This document shows, piece after piece, positions 9,165-17,332 of a DNA stretch of 51,807 nucleotides; position 1 is the first letter of the stretch; each line of letters begins with the position of its first letter. The notes beneath the pieces are model-generated. The model was not told where the DNA came from. It did not search any database and saw only the letters and a program-made list of their open reading frames with translations. The translations under genes were made by a program, and so were the position numbers. Source of the DNA: a virus; the IMG/VR virus record IMGVR_UViG_3300048919_000084, positions 1 to 51,807 of that record. One strand, given 5' to 3'.

Positions 9165-9536
9165 GTGAACTATTCAGAAATTCAGGAAATGGCTTCGGCG
9201 GGGATCAACTTCTTCTCAGATGGTGATGGTGAGTATGTAATTATCATCAGCGGTGGCGGCGTTAAAGTCGTAAATGGAAAGGAAGTTACCATTCAGGAGC
9301 AACGCGGCACTGTAAAAGGACTCGTCCGTGACGTTAAGGACAGGGACATTAATGGAGAGTCAATTCTGGCAGGGGATAAGCGCGGGATATTCAACGCAGA
9401 CCAGGAGATTACCAAGGGCATGCGAATCATCGTTGATGATGAATACTACACGGTAACAAACGCAAGGCCAATAAAGCCAACTGGAACGGTTGTTGCTTAC
9501 AGGCCGATACTCAGAAGGATCGCAGTAAGTGGCTAA
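9165..9536 (+). CDS. head-tail joining protein (GTG start)
   Basis: GTG directly follows the preceding TAA. 123 aa. Confidence 0.5.
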   Translation: MNYSEIQEMASAGINFFSDGDGEYVIIISGGGVKVVNGKEVTIQEQRGTVKGLVRDVKDRDINGESILAGDKRGIFNADQEITKGMRIIVDDEYYTVTNARPIKPTGTVVAYRPILRRIAVSG

Positions 9537-9963
9537 CTACACAATCAGGAAATTCAAGGCTGACATTGATGAGTGGATAGAGGCGGCGGAGAATAACCTT
9601 TTCGAGATTGTGGAGGTTTCATGCGAGCAGGTTATTCGAGATCTGGTTATGCTCTCTCCTGTCGATACGGGCCGATTCCGTGGCAACTGGCAGATAACTT
9701 TCAATGAGCCAGCGCTTTACGCCCTCAATGAATATGATAAGCAGGGTGGCGCTACCATTAACGCTGGCAGGCGTGCTCTGAGCACTTATGTTAACACTCG
9801 CGGCGTTGGAATAACTTCTATCTACTTTTCAAACATGCTTGTTTATGCCAATGCGCTTGAGCATGGTTATTCTCAGCAGGCACCAGCTGGTGTGCTGGGT
9901 ATTGTTGCCGTGAGGCTTCGCTATTATTTTGCTTTCGCAGTGCGCGAGGCAAGGAGCAAGTAA
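9529..9963 (+). CDS. HK97 gp10-like neck/tail-completion protein
   Basis: SPVDTGRFRGNWQ motif typical of the family. GTG start overlaps the upstream gene. Confidence 0.6.
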   Translation: MANYTIRKFKADIDEWIEAAENNLFEIVEVSCEQVIRDLVMLSPVDTGRFRGNWQITFNEPALYALNEYDKQGGATINAGRRALSTYVNTRGVGITSIYFSNMLVYANALEHGYSQQAPAGVLGIVAVRLRYYFAFAVREARSK

Positions 9964-10403
9964 TGCATTTTGACCTATACCAGGCATCTCAGGAGGCCGT
10001 TTTTAAATGGTTTGGCAACACCTACTCAATCATGACAGAGAATGCTGAATTCACTCCGCCAGCTGACGGTAGCCCGTACCTGAAATTTGATTACATTGAA
10101 GCCAGCACGATGACCGTATCACTTGACCGCCTTTGCCGGGTTTACCTTGGGATCGTGCAGGTATCAGTTATCATTTCTCCTGGCTCTGGAGTTATGGCAG
10201 GAAGAAAGATTGCTGACGATGTAGCAAATCGTGCTATTGATGGTATAATGCTTACCGTCACCGATAGTGATGGGTTAAATCCCGTCGAGGTTGGTTATAT
10301 TGTTGATGCTGGCTCAGTTGAGCAGGTAGTCAAACATGATAGCGGGTGGTCAATTCCAGTCCGTTTTACAGTTCGCGCAGAGTCGCAAAAAATGAGGGTT
10401 TAA
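9963..10403 (+). CDS. tail terminator-like protein
   Basis: 146 aa. ATG overlaps the upstream TAA. Lies directly before the major tail protein. Confidence 0.5.
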   Translation: MHFDLYQASQEAVFKWFGNTYSIMTENAEFTPPADGSPYLKFDYIEASTMTVSLDRLCRVYLGIVQVSVIISPGSGVMAGRKIADDVANRAIDGIMLTVTDSDGLNPVEVGYIVDAGSVEQVVKHDSGWSIPVRFTVRAESQKMRV

Positions 10404-10405
10404 AA

Positions 10406-11071
10406 ATGCATCTTCCAAATGGAGCGCAAATTTTCGTGGAGTCTGGTCGTGGCGCGGAGATTGCAGTCACTGCTATTTCTAACGCAAAAGATCCAGTCTT
10501 TACTGTCGCCGATTCTGGTGATCTTGTTGCTGGTGATTACATCCTAGTAACTTACGCATCCTGGGGAAAAATGGCTGACCTGCAATTGCGGGTTAAGGCG
10601 GTAACGGACACCACCATTACCGTCGAGTCTTTTGACACTAGCGATCAGAACCAGTTCCCGGCAGGCGGCACGGCAACAATTGTGCCCTTGAATGCTTGGG
10701 TTGAAATCCCGTGCGTTCAGGATCTGGCTCAGGACGGCGGCGAGCAGCAGTATTACAACTATCAGTGTCTGGCTGATGACCGTGAGCAGCAGTTGCCCAC
10801 TTTCAAGTCTGCCGTTTCTCTGACCTACACCTTTGCTCACGAGTATGACAGCTTGCTTTACCCTGTCTTGCGTGCTGCAGATGATGGCGGCGAGGTTCGC
10901 GGATTGCGCATGTACGTACCAAAGGCTAAAGAAATGCGCATGTATTCTGGCGTTATGTCATTCAACGACATTCCTCAGACAACCATGAACGAAATGGAAA
11001 CCGTAAGTCTGGCGGTTGCACTGAAAGGTAAATTCATTTCAGTAGCCGCTGCCGGTTCAGACGCTGCGTAA
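10406..11071 (+). CDS. major tail (tube) protein
   Basis: ATG at 10406 after gagggtttaaaa. 221 aa. Followed by a terminator and the chaperone genes. Confidence 0.7.
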   Translation: MHLPNGAQIFVESGRGAEIAVTAISNAKDPVFTVADSGDLVAGDYILVTYASWGKMADLQLRVKAVTDTTITVESFDTSDQNQFPAGGTATIVPLNAWVEIPCVQDLAQDGGEQQYYNYQCLADDREQQLPTFKSAVSLTYTFAHEYDSLLYPVLRAADDGGEVRGLRMYVPKAKEMRMYSGVMSFNDIPQTTMNEMETVSLAVALKGKFISVAAAGSDAA

Positions 11072-11075
11072 TTTA

Positions 11076-11101
11076 AAGGGGGCTTGCGCCTCCTTTTTTT
11101 T
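11076..11101 (+). terminator. intrinsic terminator
   Basis: aagggggc-ttgc-gcctcctt hairpin followed by T8. Confidence 0.75.
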
Positions 11102-11105
11102 CGTG

Positions 11106-11111
11106 TATCAT
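11106..11111 (+). promoter_or_regulatory. -10-like TATCAT within the conserved TTTTTTTCGTGTATCAT 17-mer
   Basis: The same 17-mer recurs at 15150-15166. Confidence 0.3.
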
Positions 11112-11153
11112 CACACGGACAAATAGCAATTAACCACTCAGGAGCAATACAAA

Positions 11154-11471
11154 ATGGCCAAGTTTAAACTCAAACCAGTTGATGACTTCAAACTTCCTAT
11201 CGATTTCAATATGCCCAATGGTGAGCAGGCGCGTGTTGTTTTCACCGTCAAGCACAAGCGTGCGAAAGAAATTGGCGCTCTTTTCTCTGCAAATGAAAAT
11301 GAGAAGCCAAGCGATGAGGCTTTTGTCATGAACATCGCAACCGGCTGGGATCTTGAAGAGGAGTTCAATGCCGATAACGTGAAAGAGGCGGTTGATTTCT
11401 TCCCTGGCATGGTGATCGAATTCACCCGCGCATATATGAATGCGCTGGCAGGCGTCCGGGCAAAAAACTAA
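11154..11471 (+). CDS. tail assembly chaperone (lambda G analogue)
   Basis: 105 aa, directly upstream of the tape measure gene. Ends just after a slippery heptamer. Confidence 0.8.
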   Translation: MAKFKLKPVDDFKLPIDFNMPNGEQARVVFTVKHKRAKEIGALFSANENEKPSDEAFVMNIATGWDLEEEFNADNVKEAVDFFPGMVIEFTRAYMNALAGVRAKN

Positions 11472-11785
11472 AAAGGGCTGTTTCCCTTCTATATCGCAAA
11501 CCTCCGACTGATGAGGAGTTATCTCAGGTTGGCCTTTCTCGGGCTGATTATGATGATGATGAGCAGCAGGAGGAGGTTGAGTTTTTTAGCGACATGATCG
11601 AGTCGTGGGAAATGTTTTTGGCAATGTCTACACAGTGGAACTATTCACCGAATGGCATGCCATGCGGCATAAATTATAATAGCTTCCACACAGTCGCCAA
11701 AATCTATAGAATAGAGTGTGAGGAAACAGCCTTTAACGATTTGAGGATAATGGAGCAACAAGCTCTCGCAATTATCCGCAAGTAA
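11154..11785 (+). CDS. tail assembly chaperone G-T-type frameshift fusion product
   Basis: The -1 frame after 11468 has no stop until 11783-11785. It matches the frame of track ORF 11594..11785. Confidence 0.7.
11462..11468 (+). other. -1 programmed ribosomal frameshift slippery heptamer A_AAA_AAC
   Basis: The zero frame reads gcA AAA AAC TAA. The -1 frame is open from here to 11785. Confidence 0.75.
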
Positions 11786-11807
11786 GCGCCTCCGGGCGCT
11801 TTTTTTA
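11785..11807 (+). terminator. intrinsic terminator
   Basis: agcgcc-tccg-ggcgct hairpin followed by T7. Confidence 0.65.
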
Positions 11808-11819
11808 CATCTGGAGATC

Positions 11820-14771
11820 ATGAAAATGGCGGATAAAGTAGCAGGTCTAACGCTTGGGGTTGACGTATCCCAGGTTCAGCAGGCGACAAAATCTCTAAAG
11901 GAGTTCAAGCAGGCCAACACTGATACAGCTCAGGCTGTCGAGCAGTTAGGCCAGGCTGAGTCTTTGGCAAATGCTCAGGCGCGTCAGTTGCGTCAGGAGC
12001 AGAAGCAGACGGCGGCGGAAACGCGCAAGTTAAAGCAGGAGCTTTCAGGCGTCATTAACGTTATCGATCCACTTAGCGGAAAGATTAACAAACTCGCTGA
12101 AGCATCAAAGTTTCTTGACCGTGCGTGGGAGAAGGGAATCATCCCTGAAGATGAATTTTTCCGCCTGGGTGAGGTCATCGAAACCCAGACAAATGCTTTG
12201 CGCCAGACTCAGAAAGCATTAACGGCTGAGGGACAGGCGGCAGCGGCAGAAGCGGCAAGCAAAGAAAAAGCGGTTAGCGCGGGCAAGAGCTTTATTGCCG
12301 GGCTTCAGCAACAAGCAGATGCAATGGGTAAGAATGCTCATGAGCTTCTTGAAATGCGTGCAGCTCAGCTGGGTGTTAGCGAACAGGCAGCGCCATTAAT
12401 CGCGCAGCTTAAAACTCAGTCAAAGCAAATGAATGCTGCAGGTATTTCAGCTGGTCAGTATCGCAACGCAATGCGCCTCCTACCCTCTCAGATCACGGAC
12501 GTTGTAACCTCTCTGGCTTCCGGTATGCCGGTGTGGCTTATTGCAATCCAGCAGGGAGGTCAGATTAAAGACTCATTTGGCGGCGTGGGTAATACTTTCA
12601 AGGTTCTACTTTCATATCTAAATCCGGTTGTAATTGGGTTTGGTGCTCTGGCGGCAGTGACGGCAGCAATGGGCCTTGCAGCCTATGATGCATACAAGCA
12701 GCAGAACGATCTGACGAATGCACTTGTCCTGAGTGGTAACTTTGCCGGGGCTACAGTGGGCCAGTTTAATCAGATGACAGCCGCAATCGCTGAATCAAGT
12801 ACTGCGACGGCATCAAGCATTCAGGCCATTGCTACCAGCCTGGCGAAGTCAGGAAAGTACACGATTGATCAGATTAAGCAGATCACCACAGTCACAGCTC
12901 AGTGGGCCGAAGTCACTGGTGAAAAGTCTGAGTCTATCATTGGATACTTTGACAAGATCGCCAAGGACCCGGTTAAAGGACTTGCTGAACTAAATACGCA
13001 ATTCAACTTCCTCAGCGTGGGCCAGCTTACCTACATTGACAAGCTGAAGAAAACGCAGGGTGAAACAGCTGCAGCAACTGCGGCGACAAAAATTTTCTCC
13101 GATGTAATGGAGCAGAGACTCAGCAAAATCGCAGACAATGCAACCCCTCTTGAAAAGATGTGGAAAGACATTAAAAAGTGGGCTAGTGACGCGTGGGACA
13201 CAGTAGGCGAAAGGACGCTGGGTGCCCTGAACCTGATTACAGATGTTGTTGCAGGAACAGTGGAGCAGATCCAGTACCTGCTCAACCAGGGTGACATTAT
13301 CATCGGAGAGTTTGTTGCTAACACAGCAAAAACGCTAAGCAAAGTACCTGGCACTTCAGGATTCTTTGATGGCATTGCTAAGCAGCAGGAAGAGGTGGTT
13401 AAAAACGCCAAATCTCAAAATGAAGATTTGATTAAGTCCATCAATGATCGAAATGAGCGAATCAAAAAAGGTGAGCTTAGCTACGTGGCTGCAGCGAAAA
13501 ACTCAGCGGATGCGCAGGAGAAGTACAGTAAAAAGACCAAGGATGCGGTTGATAAAGAAGCTGAGGGGCTGGCTAAAAAAACAAAAGCTCAAAAGGTAAC
13601 TGTTGATCAGGGTGATAAAATCAGTGAGCAGTACCAGTCTGATATTATTGCCTTGCAGGCTCAGTTAAAGGTGCTTCAGGATCACAAGTCAGTTAATGAT
13701 CAGATCTCGCAGCAGCAAAAAACCTACTGGAATGACGTAGCAAAATTCCAGGTTCTTGAGGAGGCTGCAAAAACAAGAAGCCTCACGGTCAGTGAGAAGC
13801 AGTTGCTGGCAAACAAAGAAACAATCCTTGCTTACTCAAAGCAAAAAGCGGCGATTGGCGATCAGATTCTGCAGCAGGAAAGAAAGAACAAGTTGCAGGA
13901 TGATTCGACTAAATATGTCGATCAGATGACCCAAAAGACGGCGGCATATAATGCAACTCTGGCAATGGGAACCAAGGAGCAGGAGAGACAGGCGCAGCTT
14001 GCCAAGCTCCAAACTGACTGGACTGCAGCCGGTGGCAGCATTGGTGATCTTGGACTGCAGGAAAAGGAGAACGCACTGCGTGAGTTTTTCGCAACTCAAG
14101 ATCAGGCTACTCAGGATTGGCAGGCAGGATTGTCACACGCCTTTGAGGATTGGGGTGATAGCGTCAACAACATGTATCAGAACGTTGGTCAAATTGGCAC
14201 GGATGCGCTGAACGGTTTATCTTCACAGCTGACAAGTTTTGTTACTACCGGAAAAGCCACTTTTGGTGATTTCGCTAAGAGCATCATCTCTGATATCATC
14301 CAGATGACAATCAAGATGGCAATATTCAATGCGATAGCTGGATTTATGGGTGGTGGCGCAACAACCGGAAGCTCTAACAATGCATTCAGCGGCGGAAGCT
14401 ACAGCAATCTCAGCTTTGCTCGTGGCGGATATACCGGCTCCGGTGGAAAGTATGAGCCAGCGGGTACTGTTCATAAGGGTGAGTTTGTTTTCACCAAAGA
14501 AGCAACCAGCAGGATCGGCACGAAAAATCTGTATAAGATGATGCGCGGATATGCAAGCGGTGGCGCGGTTGGCGGAACTTACCAGTCAGGAAGCGGTGGC
14601 GGTGGCGGCGTTGCAATCTCAGTTGGCAATATCTCCATTGCAACATCAGGTGGTGGCGTTGATAAGCAGAGCGCAAAAGGACTTGAGACTGGTGTTCGCC
14701 AGATTGTAACAGACATGCTAAACACTGAATGCAGCCAGGGTGGACGCATTTATCAATTCGTTAAGGGGTAA
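11820..14771 (+). CDS. tail tape measure protein
   Basis: 983 aa, with coiled-coil Ala/Gln/Lys-rich segments, a central hydrophobic stretch and a Gly-rich C-terminus. Confidence 0.9.
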   Translation: MKMADKVAGLTLGVDVSQVQQATKSLKEFKQANTDTAQAVEQLGQAESLANAQARQLRQEQKQTAAETRKLKQELSGVINVIDPLSGKINKLAEASKFLDRAWEKGIIPEDEFFRLGEVIETQTNALRQTQKALTAEGQAAAAEAASKEKAVSAGKSFIAGLQQQADAMGKNAHELLEMRAAQLGVSEQAAPLIAQLKTQSKQMNAAGISAGQYRNAMRLLPSQITDVVTSLASGMPVWLIAIQQGGQIKDSFGGVGNTFKVLLSYLNPVVIGFGALAAVTAAMGLAAYDAYKQQNDLTNALVLSGNFAGATVGQFNQMTAAIAESSTATASSIQAIATSLAKSGKYTIDQIKQITTVTAQWAEVTGEKSESIIGYFDKIAKDPVKGLAELNTQFNFLSVGQLTYIDKLKKTQGETAAATAATKIFSDVMEQRLSKIADNATPLEKMWKDIKKWASDAWDTVGERTLGALNLITDVVAGTVEQIQYLLNQGDIIIGEFVANTAKTLSKVPGTSGFFDGIAKQQEEVVKNAKSQNEDLIKSINDRNERIKKGELSYVAAAKNSADAQEKYSKKTKDAVDKEAEGLAKKTKAQKVTVDQGDKISEQYQSDIIALQAQLKVLQDHKSVNDQISQQQKTYWNDVAKFQVLEEAAKTRSLTVSEKQLLANKETILAYSKQKAAIGDQILQQERKNKLQDDSTKYVDQMTQKTAAYNATLAMGTKEQERQAQLAKLQTDWTAAGGSIGDLGLQEKENALREFFATQDQATQDWQAGLSHAFEDWGDSVNNMYQNVGQIGTDALNGLSSQLTSFVTTGKATFGDFAKSIISDIIQMTIKMAIFNAIAGFMGGGATTGSSNNAFSGGSYSNLSFARGGYTGSGGKYEPAGTVHKGEFVFTKEATSRIGTKNLYKMMRGYASGGAVGGTYQSGSGGGGGVAISVGNISIATSGGGVDKQSAKGLETGVRQIVTDMLNTECSQGGRIYQFVKG

Positions 14772-14774
14772 CAG

Positions 14775-15125
14775 ATGGCAATAGACACTTTTAAATGGTG
14801 CACACAGATCCAGAATGGAGGTGGCGGGATGACCGTCACCAACAACATGCGATCTATTAGCATGGGTAACGGATATCGACAGGTTGCATCATCCGGGCTG
14901 AGAACAAACAGACGTCAATTCCAGATAGTTTACGGCGGAGATAAATATCTTGATGTTCTCGACTTCCTTTATAGTCATGTTGACACTCCGTTTATCTGGA
15001 CACCTCCAGACGGCAGGCCGGGTATTTTTATTGTTGTTCCTGACAGCATTGCGGCAAGTCCAAAGGCTAAAGGTCTGCAAGAGCTAACCTGCTCCTTTAC
15101 AGAGCAGTTCACCAGTATCAACTAA
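14775..15125 (+). CDS. minor tail protein (lambda M-like)
   Basis: 116 aa. F.W...GNGYRQ...GL...F.WTPPDG pattern shared with lambda M. Confidence 0.8.
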   Translation: MAIDTFKWCTQIQNGGGGMTVTNNMRSISMGNGYRQVASSGLRTNRRQFQIVYGGDKYLDVLDFLYSHVDTPFIWTPPDGRPGIFIVVPDSIAASPKAKGLQELTCSFTEQFTSIN

Positions 15126-15131
15126 CAAAGA

Positions 15132-15157
15132 GCCAGCTTTAATGCTGGCTTTTTTTC
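15132..15157 (+). terminator. intrinsic terminator
   Basis: agccagc-tttaat-gctggct hairpin followed by T7. Confidence 0.75.
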
Positions 15158-15160
15158 GTG

Positions 15161-15166
15161 TATCAT
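15161..15166 (+). promoter_or_regulatory. -10-like TATCAT within the conserved TTTTTTTCGTGTATCAT 17-mer
   Basis: Second copy of the 17-mer seen at 11095-11111. Confidence 0.3.
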
Positions 15167-15196
15167 TTGGAAACCAATTAAACAGGAGTCAGAGAA

Positions 15197-15952
15197 ATGA
15201 CACCAAATTTGAGCACTAAGTTTGTTAACTGCCTGCAGGATTTATACCCAGGCGAAATTATTACGCTCATCGAGATTGACGGGACAAAGTTCGGCGCTCA
15301 GGTTTACCGCTTCCATGGCGAGAACATCAGCTATTCGCCAGAGGAACTCATTGCTGCTCAGCAGACCGGAACTCTCGCCCCGAAGAACATCGTCTTTAAT
15401 GGTCATGAGTTCGGGCCACGCCCATTCGGTATTCAGGGTGTTCAGATGGCGGGAGATGGAAAGCCGGGCAAGCCGCAACTTACCGTTTCAAATATGGACG
15501 CCAAAGTAGCTGCACTGGTTCGCAGTTATAACGGCATGGCTCAGGCCAAGGTTACAATTTGGATTTTGGTTAAGTCCCTTTTGAACGAAGATGGCACTGT
15601 TGCAGAAGGTGATTATCGTCGCCTGGTTTATTTCATTGAGCGCCCAAACATGGCTGATAACTTGAGGGTTACGTTTGACTTGACCTCTCCTTACGACATG
15701 GATGGGTTAATGATTCCGGCGAGACTGACTCAGAGCGTTTGCTATTGGGCGCAGCGCGGCTGGTATAAGTCAGGTAAGGGGTGCTCATATAACGGTCAGA
15801 ATGGTTATTTTGACAAAGACAATAATCCTGTTGGCGATCCAAGCGCTGACGTTTGCCCCGGCGTTGTTTCCGCCTGCAAGATCCGGTTTGGTGAAGAGCC
15901 GATGGATTTTGGCGGTTGCGCGGCGGCATCTCTTGTGAGGAATAGATCATGA
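15197..15952 (+). CDS. minor tail protein (lambda L-like)
   Basis: 251 aa. Position in the M-L-K-I-J series. C-terminal Cys cluster. Confidence 0.8.
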   Translation: MTPNLSTKFVNCLQDLYPGEIITLIEIDGTKFGAQVYRFHGENISYSPEELIAAQQTGTLAPKNIVFNGHEFGPRPFGIQGVQMAGDGKPGKPQLTVSNMDAKVAALVRSYNGMAQAKVTIWILVKSLLNEDGTVAEGDYRRLVYFIERPNMADNLRVTFDLTSPYDMDGLMIPARLTQSVCYWAQRGWYKSGKGCSYNGQNGYFDKDNNPVGDPSADVCPGVVSACKIRFGEEPMDFGGCAAASLVRNRS

Positions 15953-16683
15953 TTAATGCAAAAGTTAAGTTGAAAATATTTGAGCACGCCAAGAAGGTTT
16001 ACCCGCAGGAATCCCTTGGGGTGGTTATGCAGAAGTCACGGGTGCAGAAATATTACCCGTTAGATAACATTCACCCGGAGCCGGAAAAGCATGGCGAGCC
16101 AGATCACCAGCAATACTATGACGCCACTCATGAGGATAACGGCACGATGATTGCCTTTGTTCATTCTCACCCTGGAGAGGGAGCAACCACACTTCCATCA
16201 GCTCACGACAAGTGCATGTGCAACGAGTGGCAGGTTCCCTTTGTTATCGTCAGCATTCCGGAAGGTGACATGCGTATAGTACAGCCAGAAACCATCCCGC
16301 TGATTGGTCGCCCGTGGTCGCTAGGATCATACGATTGCTGGGGTATGATAATGGCTTTCCACAAGCTGCATGGGATAGAATTGCCGGACTACCGCAAGCC
16401 CTATGAGTGGTGGAAGAATGGCGAGAACCTTTACCAGGACAACCTTGAGAAAGAAGGTTTCTTGCCAACAGGAAAGCCTCCAGAGTTCGGAGACACAATC
16501 ATCATGCAGCTTCAATCTGATGTGTGGAATCATTCAGGCATTTACGTTGGCGACAACCAGATCCTGCACCATTACACTAACCGTGTTTCTCGCCGGGATA
16601 TCTATTCTGGCTGGTATCAGGAAAAGACAGTTTTAGTTTGCAGACACAAGGATCTACCAAATGCAATCAGTAAAGACTATTAA
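15949..16683 (+). CDS. tail tip assembly protein (lambda K-like; JAB/MPN + NlpC/P60)
   Basis: JAMM motif FVHSHPGEGATTLPSAHD, then an NlpC/P60-like YDCWG...H region. Confidence 0.85.
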   Translation: MINAKVKLKIFEHAKKVYPQESLGVVMQKSRVQKYYPLDNIHPEPEKHGEPDHQQYYDATHEDNGTMIAFVHSHPGEGATTLPSAHDKCMCNEWQVPFVIVSIPEGDMRIVQPETIPLIGRPWSLGSYDCWGMIMAFHKLHGIELPDYRKPYEWWKNGENLYQDNLEKEGFLPTGKPPEFGDTIIMQLQSDVWNHSGIYVGDNQILHHYTNRVSRRDIYSGWYQEKTVLVCRHKDLPNAISKDY

Positions 16684-17260
16684 GTTAAGCGGCTCGCTTG
16701 GGCGTCGGTTTGGGGTGTTTCACAAGCTCGCTGTTGACTCATTCCCCGAAGCAATACGTGCGCTTTCATACCAGGTTCCGGGCTTCAGAGAGTTCATGAA
16801 TAGCTATGTGGGCCAGCGCATGAAGTTTGCCATCTTCGTTGACGGCGTTAACTGTCTCCCCAGCGACACTGACACGATGAAGTGCGGCAAGGATATTCGG
16901 TTGATCCCGATTCCTACCGTATCTAAGAATGGCGGGTTGATGCAGATCGTCATTGGCGCGGTAATCATGGTTGCCGCATTCTATACCGGTGGCGGTTCTC
17001 TGGCCCTAATGGGTGCATTTTCATCTGCAGCGTTTATGGCTGGCGGGTCCATGGTTCTTGGAGGTGTTGTGCAGATGATGTCTCCACAGAAAGGCGGAAT
17101 GCAAATGACGCCTAAGTCAGCAAGCAACAGGCCTTCATATGCATTTGGCGGCGCGGTAAACACCACTGCTGCAGGATACCCGGTTGCGCTTCCGTATGGT
17201 GAGCGAACTAACGGAGGGGCGGTCTGGTCTGCAGGCACTTACTCGGAAGATATAGCTTGA
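16661..17260 (+). CDS. tail assembly protein (lambda I-like)
   Basis: 199 aa with a Gly/Ala-rich hydrophobic C-terminal half. Overlaps the end of the K-like gene. Confidence 0.7.
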   Translation: MQSVKTIKLSGSLGRRFGVFHKLAVDSFPEAIRALSYQVPGFREFMNSYVGQRMKFAIFVDGVNCLPSDTDTMKCGKDIRLIPIPTVSKNGGLMQIVIGAVIMVAAFYTGGGSLALMGAFSSAAFMAGGSMVLGGVVQMMSPQKGGMQMTPKSASNRPSYAFGGAVNTTAAGYPVALPYGERTNGGAVWSAGTYSEDIA

Positions 17261-17264
17261 TACA

Positions 17265-17298
17265 AAACCCCTTCACTATGGTGCGGGGGTTTTTTTTC
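17265..17298 (+). terminator. intrinsic terminator
   Basis: aaaacccc...ggggtttt hairpin followed by T8. Confidence 0.6.
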
Positions 17299-17301
17299 GC
17301 T

Positions 17302-17307
17302 TATAAT
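17302..17307 (+). promoter_or_regulatory. -10 TATAAT directly after a terminator, ahead of the J-like gene
   Basis: cgcttataatgcc. No -35 box. Confidence 0.3.
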
Positions 17308-17332
17308 GCCTGCTCAATTAAGGGGGCATAAA

